A stretch of 64,000 nucleotides of DNA from Podarcis muralis (lineage: Eukaryota): contig NC_135660.1 in the NCBI RefSeq assembly GCF_964188315.1, positions 61,504,001 through 61,568,000 on the forward strand, given 5' to 3'. Position numbers and translations under genes: made by a program. Shown here piece after piece: positions 50,301 through 59,300 of the stretch (positions within the stretch are counted from its first letter, which is position 1; each line of letters begins with the position of its first letter). The notes under the pieces were generated by a model. That model did no database searches. It worked only from the letters and a program-made list of their open reading frames with translations, and was not told the origin of the DNA.

Positions 50301-53300
50301 GGGCAGAAATGGCATTGAGTAGGGTATAGGTAAAAGGGGAGACCCCCTTAAGGGACCTTGCGGGGTGAACAGCCCCCCACCCTAGCTCAAATGGGGCAGG
50401 GCTAGTCAGAAACCAACTTAAGTTATCAGCAGCCCCAGTCTCATGGTTTTGCGCCACGTTGGATCATTGGTGTGTGGCTGCCCCCCCCCCAACTTTTGTG
50501 ATTAAGGTTGTACTTCAGGTCAGATCCTGTTCTGATGCCATGCCAGCCTCAACTATTTCTGTTAGTGAATAAATTTGTGGCCAGTTTCATCCATACACAT
50601 CTCCTGGTTCGGAGGGTGGCAACAAGAAAACAGGCCTTTTCTGTGGTGGCTCCCCAATTGTGGAATGCTTTCCCCAGAGAGGCTCGCCTGGTGCCATCAT
50701 TACATGTCTTTAGACGCCAGGCAAAGACATTCCTCTTTAGTCAGGCCTGTGGCTATTAAATAATCTATGGCCTGTGAAAGTGTGGGGGATAGGACTGTTG
50801 TTATTATGATTATTTTACCATTAGGCTGTCTGTCAGTATGCTCTCTACTATTCTTTTGTTACGTTTTATCATTGATGTCTTTTAATGTGTTTCTAATTTC
50901 GTACACCACCCCAAGATCTTTTGATAATGAGTGGTATATAAATTGAAAGAATAATAATGAGAATTTTCCTTGCACTCTCACCTGGCTTTGAAGGGGGCTG
51001 CTACAGTAAATGCCCTACAATGGTGTAGTCTCCTTGCCCTCCCATTCTTGTTCTGAAGACTATACAAATTCTGGAAACTCCAAAAGAATGCAGTTTTTAT
51101 TAGGTCTGTAGCCCCATTCTCACTGAGATGATAAACCCATGTCTTGGCTAAATCCCTTCAGGTGGAAACCTCATATGATAGAATGCCTCTCCATACAGAA
51201 ATACTGCCGGTGCATTGAAAATGATGTGTCAGGGAGCACAGACCTAGCTTAGCCTTCTATCTGACATGGTAGTTTTCTGTATATAGGATTTGTGTTTGTG
51301 AGGCAGCATTCCATCAATGTAAACACATTTTCATATTACCGGATCTTTAATAGAATATGCTATTTGATATATGGAAGGAAGTGTGGAAATGTACGGTTTA
51401 ATAAAGAAAAGCTATCACTCATTTTTTAGAAGGAAAGGCCATCGGTAGTTTTCCCCTTTATCATTCCCTAGCGTAATAGCATATCAAACCAAAACAGCTT
51501 CAAATAATAAACAGCACTGCTGTTAACTTGCAACTCCACTGATTATGAGTTTTCTTCTCATAATCAATGAGTAAAATTGAGGCCCACAGACGAACCAAGT
51601 GTTGCTGATTAATACTTATTGTTACCAGGCCTAGAAATTTCTAGGTGCTGTTCAGAAATTAAAAGACAGCACAAGGCCTGCCAGTAGGCTTACTTAATTA
51701 ATAAACATGACACAGAAAGGATGGAAAGGGAAGCATCTAGGTGGAGTGTTTTAATTGATTAATGTTCCAATTAAACTGATTAAAGCACGTAGCAGTTCAA
51801 GATTATCTGTGCCAAACTGTTTGTGTATATTCTACCAATTTTCTCACTTGAGTGTTAGTGATGTGTGAATTTCCCACCTAGATTGTCACATTACAATTTA
51901 GTACTGATTATTTATTTATTTATTTAAAAGTTTTGTATACTGTCCTTTGCCATTTGGCCTCAGAGCAGCTGCAGCAATAAAATATATAAAAACAGAATAC
52001 AGAGCAAATATAATAAACATAATTTTATAACTTCAACAAACAGAAGAAAAGAAGAAATCACTCAAACCTCGTTACAGGATAGACTGGCATTCTGGAAAAT
52101 GCAATGCAATTTTTTTAATGAATGATGGTGGCAGATAACCCTGTCCCTCCAGTCTGGCTTAGTAGGCACAGAGAATCAGTTTAAGGCTTCCAATTCAAGA
52201 TGAATATTTCACGTGCACTGCAGTCTAGGTGCACTTAGAAGTAAGGCCTTCTGAGTAAGCCCTATTGGAGCTTATTTCCTAGCAAGTGTGCACAGTAGGG
52301 GTGGTGAACATGGTGTCTTCACTATGTTGGACAACTCCTTTTAGCGTGGCTAATTGTGAGGGATGATGGGAATTGTAGTTCAACAACTTCTAGAGGGAGG
52401 TATGTTCGCTACTCCTGGTGCACAGAATTGCATCCTTAGCTGACTGTTGATTATTGTTATTTTGCTTGTAGATGGCCCAAAACTCTGGCTGGTGTAATTG
52501 CTTACCACCCATGTCTTCAGTATTCTGTCAATCCAGCTTCCCTCTTGAATGCAGCAGAAGAGTCAAAAGCATGGCGTAAGTGTAATCGCACAGGTCGGTG
52601 GGCTGAAGAAAGCTATTCTGAATGTCCTTACTCACAAGAAGCTACTCAAGTCCTTCATGCTTTTAGTCAGGTAAAATGACACCAATTGTTATGCATAGAG
52701 CATACTGTAGATGTTGCACATCTCTTATCAGCACACTGCACAGAAATAGAAGTTTACTTCTTTGTTATCTAAGGTATATTTCAAGGACAGGATCGGACAT
52801 ATGCTTGTAGTATCCAAGTTCTACAAATATTCTAGGTTTGAACAAGGAAAGTCAGAAGTGTTTATTATATAGATCAGGAGAGGGGAAAGACCACTCCTTT
52901 CCTTCATGAGAGCCTCCATTCAAGCTGCCCAATCATGGGTGGTTGGGGGGAAATGTCTGCGGGACCCTACTCTCTCCACTGCTTCCAGTTGGATCCACTC
53001 CCTGAGCATAAATAGGAGATGCGATCAGCCCCTGGCAGCTCAGTCAGGGCCAATTTTCCCACCCTCCCATGCTAAACTATATATAATGAGTTGCACAATG
53101 GCAGGTTGCCGGGGCGTGCTCATGGCTTTGCTATGGAAGAACTCAGTTGCCATATTTGGGGCCAGGCAAGACTTTTCTCTCAATCCAGTTGACCCTGGCT
53201 GAGGGCTTTGCTGACCTCATAGCAATCGTCACAACTTGATGGCGGGTAAGACATTGGGTTGGATCCTTAGCCAGAGGTGGATCACACTCTACCACAACAA

Positions 53301-56300
53301 GCAACAGGATAGCCCATTAAAGCGGTCAGTGAGGATGGTGCTTCTGTTCAGATACCCTGATGGGAGCCAAAGGGCCATAGCACAACCGCCCAGGATGGTG
53401 CTGCTGAAGGGATCGCCCCAATTTGATGTATGTCATAGGGCAACCCCAATAATCAGCTAGCAGACGGGTTGGTTGATTCCAGATACATACCCAATGCCTA
53501 CACCAAACCTACTTGCATCTGTAATCAATAAAGTTGTGGTTGGATTTTATCCCAACATGGCTGTCCTGTGTTTCATTGCTTTCTTTGAATTCCTGGCCCT
53601 GGCAGAGGGCTTAGTGCACCTGGGCCTGCAAAATTTGGCCTTCCAGATGATGTTGAGTTATGACTCCCCTCACCCCTGGGCATTGGTTGTGTTTACTAGG
53701 ACTGATGGAAGTTGTTCACCAGCATCTGGTGGGCCAAAGTTTCCCCACTCCTGTTCTAGATTCAGGCAAGATGCTCATGATATCTGACCTTAATACATCT
53801 GTTCAGTTAGCAAACTAGTGAAGCAGTGGCACCAAGGTGTAAAAGTTACCTGATGACTTAACTGCGCACAGCCTTGTTTGTAGCAAGTATTTTACCCTGT
53901 AAAGGGCTGATGATTGAGACTGAATTTTTGCATGAATGACATTTTTCATCTGTAAGACTGAATTTGTTTATTTTTAAAAGTGCAACTGGGGTTAAACATT
54001 TGGCTGTGTTTTATAGGCAGCATTTTTTTTTTTTGTATTCTATTTCCAGATGCATCTTAACTCCACCAATGCACTTGAATTTTCCCATCAGCTTGCAACC
54101 TACACAAGAGATGCTGCCAACTTTTCAGATAAGGAGGACATTATCTATTTGGCTTACATGCTGGAAAAGCTAATCATATATATGGATGAAATAAAAGATG
54201 TAAGATACTGTCTTACTAATGAATATGTGACTGTTGGAAGCTGAAAAACAAAGAACAGAGGCATGATCTTAAATTTAGTACCAAATACCCAGCAGTAAAT
54301 TTCTGTATTTTAATATACAAAAGTTGTGGCTTTTCAACCAGATACTTCAAATATGCACATTCTTAATTTCATTTGAATTAGAATTTTTTCCCAGTACAAC
54401 AATAATTATGGTATATAGGGTTGTATCCAGAGCTATACAAACACAATTCCACTTGTTTAAATGGGCTTCTTCTCCTTCCATACCCCCAAAATTTACTCCA
54501 GAGGATTCTTCATTCTTCTGCAGCTGATTTTCAGGATACATAGAGGGCTGCAGGACAGATTATGGTTAGGGTAGTTACTACTGGTGGGGAAAGGCTGCCT
54601 CTTTCAGACCTTGTGCTTGCCTCCCAGATGCTATGTCTAGTTACAGCTGGAAACAAGATGCTGGACCTAATACCCCATTGGCTGGATCTAGTGTGTGTGC
54701 GTAGGGGGTCCTTTTGTTCTGTTTTATACACAGCTTCTTCACTAAGGTTGAAATGAAGGCAGTTCTTGTAATATCACAAGAGTTCTAATCCTATTTAGTA
54801 TTATTGCCGTGAACAATATTTTGGCTGCAAGCTGGTATGATGTGCTTCATATATTTTGATACTTCTAGACATCTGCTTTCTCCAACATTCATGGTGCCTT
54901 CATAGGTAATTGACACAGTGACCCAAAGTGGGCATGCATTCCCCATAGCTTATGAAGGGGGGAAAAGAGGACCAGTACCAAACCCAAAGAGGAAAAAAGA
55001 GGCAAGGCCTCAACATGGTATTAAAAAATAGTAAAGGTAAAGGGACCCCTGACCATTAGGTCCAGTCGTGACCGACTCTGGGGTTTCGACGCTCATCTCG
55101 CTTTATTGGCTGAGGGAGCTTCTGGGTCATGTGGCCAGCATGACTAAGCCACTTCTGGCGAACCAGAGCAGCGCACGGAAACGCCGTTTACCTTCCCACC
55201 AGAGTGGTACCTATTGATCTACTTGCACTTTGACGTGCTTTCGAACTGCTAGGTTGGCAGGAGCAGGGACCGAGCAATGGGAGCTCACCCCATTGCGGGG
55301 ATTCGAACCACCAACCTTCTGATTGGCAAGTCCTAGGCTCTGTGGTTTAACCCACAGCGCCAAAAAAAATAGAACCTTACAAAGTAGTGAATGCTTAACA
55401 CATCTTGGTGAAAACCTTTCGGGGGCACTAAAAGAACGATGACAATCTACATCAGGCGTGGCTGATCTTTGACTCTCCAAATATTGCTGAACTACAGTGC
55501 CCTGCATTCCAAACCATTGGCCATGCTTATTAAGGCTGATGGTAGTTTTAGTTCAGCAACATCTGGAGAACCCTAGGTTTCCCATTCCTGATACACATAG
55601 TCACTACATTTCGTAGCACAACCCATATCTCAAGTTGTGTTTGACCTCACAACTGAATTGGGACACTAGCAATTTATTTACTACTACAAAGACTCTCCTC
55701 CCTGGAAGAGAGGGGAGTGGTTGTGGGCGGGAGCCCGAGCACCGCCCCTAGCAGGGGGCGTTAGCCCCCTGCCTCCACCTCTCCTGGCTGGCGCCCACGC
55801 CCCTCGGCAGGCACCCAACCAGGTGCCTCCGAGGGGGCGTTCTCAGCAGCCATTTGCTGCAGCGCCAGCCTCTCCCCGGCCTCATTCTTCGCCGTCGTCT
55901 CGTCGCCCATTAACCTTATATCACGTGTCCTTGTGTATTCATTTCACATTGCGGGGGTCGGGTCCTCGAACCACAATTTATTTACAATTTAAAACAGAGA
56001 TCCTGCACAAGAACAGGAGCCCCCCCCCCCACTTCATCCCCATGGAGGGCAATGGGAAGAACAATTGGGAGAGGGATGTTAGTCACTTATCCTCACTATC
56101 CCTCTCTCACATTTACTTAACTTGGAAAAAGAACACATGGAGTGGGATTAGATTGCATCCGTAGTCAGGGCAGGGGCTGGAAGAGTAACAAATCACTGGT
56201 AAAGCACTCATAGCACGATATACTTTATGTCAATGGAACATTATTGCTTGGGCTCATATAATTCTGAAACAGTTTTGACTTTATAGTTACTGACTTGGGG

Positions 56301-59300
56301 ACAGGCTTATCCATAAGAAATCAATTTAGTCTTATAGCCAGAATACAGGATTTAGGTTGATGCTCTAAGAACTAGTAATTCCTGAAATGCTCACTAGACC
56401 AGTTAAATGCAGCTGCTTTCAATTGTGCTTTTATGTCATTGTTGTGCAGTAGTCAAATACTTTGCACTATTCCTTTTTTTCTCCCCCTTCCCTCCTACCA
56501 GCTTGCAGATGCTGTAGTTGAGATTGCCAGCAATATAATGCTGGTAAATGACCATGTATTATGGATGGCACAAAAGGAAGATAAAGCTTGTACCAGGATT
56601 GTACAGTGTGTGGAACATATTGCAAATCAAACTCTGACCAGTAATACACAGGTCATATCAAAGGTATTTCTTGAGATTTATTTGTGGCTTTTTGATATGG
56701 AAAAGGTGGGAGTAGGAGGGAGAAGCAGAGAGGGATGGGGGGGGGGGAGATCTGGGTATGCATACAGCATTGGTTTATATCTCAACTGATTTTGTAGCAC
56801 CCAGTGCATTTGTCTTATGAGCTCGTGTTCATCATCAGAACCTAGAAATGACTCAGTAATAATTATTAGTACTTACTCCCTTTTTTTTTTTTACCACCAC
56901 GGTGTGACCGATAATCTATATTAGATAAATGATTGGTCCATATTTTGGGGGCTGTCGCAACACACAGCTTTAAAACTTAGTAGTATCACTTAATCATATT
57001 CTGAGTTACGTAGAGAAAGAAGGAGTCTGACACCACCAACCAAGAGTAATTACTGTGGGATTAGTTATTTCTGCTGAGAGTAATATACAGTGGTACCTCT
57101 AGTTATGAACTTAATTCATACTGGAGGTCCGTTCTTAACCTGAAACTGTTCTTAACTAGAGACGTGCTTTCACTAATGGGGCCTCTTGCTGCTGCTGCAC
57201 CGCCAGCACACGATTTCCGTTCTCATCCTGGGGCAAAGTTCTCAACTCGAGGTAACTCTTCCAGGTTAGCGGAGTTTGTAACCTGAAGCGTTTGTAACTT
57301 GAGGCATTTGTAACTTGAGGTACCACTGTACTTTAAAGTAGAGGTAGAATAGGGCTAGACTTCAAGTTTGTCACATCTACTTTGATTTTTGATTATTATT
57401 TTTTTACTAAAACCCTAAGATCTACAATCGAGCCAGGTGCAAAAGGCATAACCATTTTTTAAAAACAAAACAAAACACAGGGTACCTCTGAGCATATTCT
57501 GAACCTAGAAATGTGTTTCCAGTGCCAGAACTTAACTGACCTCACAGTCCTTTCACACAAAAACTACTACTGACTACCTTTCTTCATTTAAATAGCCTAA
57601 TTTAAGTGAGAAGAGTAGTTTTGTTGCTGCTGCTGCTGCTGCTAAACAATTTAGAGTCACAAACCTTTGCAAGTCTACTGCAAATCACCCAGAAAACAAA
57701 CAGTAGGTTTGCTTTCTGCCCACTCCTGCCTTTAACCAGTTGTTTTAAACCAGTGGTTCCCAATTTGTAGTCTGCAGACTCCAGGGGTCTGTGATACATA
57801 CCCAGCAACTGTCCAGGACATCCCATTTTGCAGGGCACCCAAAAACATGCAAGTCATTAGACCCACACAGGAGTGGCTTGATTTTGTGCTGAGACATGAT
57901 GGAGGATATGGTGACACCATTCACATAACAAGAACTACCACAGAGATATCAACATTTTCAAAAGTAGGGAGTCCGTGGCTTGGCTTTTGGAAAACAGGGG
58001 GTCTGCAGTACTTAGCTATTTGGGAACCACTGATCTAAACTAATAGTTTGCCCTTTTTACTGTTTTTGAATTATTAGAACACACTTTCCCCTAATAAGAT
58101 GAATCAAATAATAAAGTGATAGTTCAGAATAAAAGCCTTCCAAACCTCAGTTTCTGTTAGAACAGAAAGCATTTCTTGGATTGCATTGCTTAGGAGAACC
58201 ATACTTAGGATTTCTAGCTAGTTGTATACGTCAGAATAGTAGTAAAGACATAACTGATGCCATATGGCCGTAGCAGAGGATCCCTAATCAGATTTAGTTT
58301 TGCATTTAGAAGTCAGTTCTTATCTCTGACTACCATGTTTCATGTTACAGCAGCAGATGTTCAGCGAGACTTGACGATAACATGCAAAAACAAATTCTGA
58401 TCTAGAAGACGTCCTTTGGATGCCAATATATGAAACAACAAATTGGAAACCTAGATAGTTTATCTATTGGAGTCTGCCTTTCACACATCAAAGGAAAGGA
58501 AAAACAGGAGTCCTTAGAGCACCTTTCCTGAATGAGCTTCCCATAGTTTGTGCTGTGCTTTTCACATAATAGGGAAGGGCATGTCAATCTCTGACTTTTG
58601 TCTTCTGGGTTTCTAAGGGTTTTCCTGTTGTTATTCTGTCTCTCGCAGCTACAGTAAACCTACCATTAAAATTATGGACTGGTCATTTCTTCGTCAGAGG
58701 GCAAACGGGCAAATTTAGCAGGGGATCAAATACTTTCCCCCCTCACTGTGCATACTGAACAAGAAGTAGCAAGGATACCTAAAATTAGTGGAATGTCTTC
58801 AAGTGGTCAGCAACTTCTTAAAAAGTCTACATTTTGTCATCCAATCTAGTTGAAACAAGAACCTTCTCCTTTAGCTCTGCTAGCTGATGCTTGTGATGTG
58901 GCTGGCCTGTGATCATTATTGTGGTCTTCTAAAATCACATGGTTCTGTTCTGTCACCTTCTCTTCCCAAGATATCTCTCTTATCCTTGATGATAGTTGGC
59001 TTTTGTACTGTGATATACTTCATTGATGCCGGGAGTACCTGGCTGTATCTCTGCTATTTGGAAGGCTCTCTATTATCTGGAAAATCTGCCCTACTGGGAA
59101 CTATTGGTACAGCTGATTCACCTTGCATTCCCCTTTCATATTTGCACTTGTTTTTGAAGTCAGTAAATGATTTTCTTTCCTGCTGCAATGTGTGTCCAGC
59201 CAGAACTAACGCACAAAAAGTGGAACAGAGGCACCTTAATGTTGCTTGATGTTGTATATGTAGTATGCATATATGACGAAGTTATCCAGAAGTTGATGTT

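Noticed and set aside
55721-56164. 147-aa Pro-rich ORF
   Set aside because: Explained by the GC content of the 298-bp insert; no splice context or homology.
56502-56508. Second AG 7 nt inside the exon as alternative acceptor
   Set aside because: It would frameshift, and the upstream AG gives the expected 162-bp in-frame exon.
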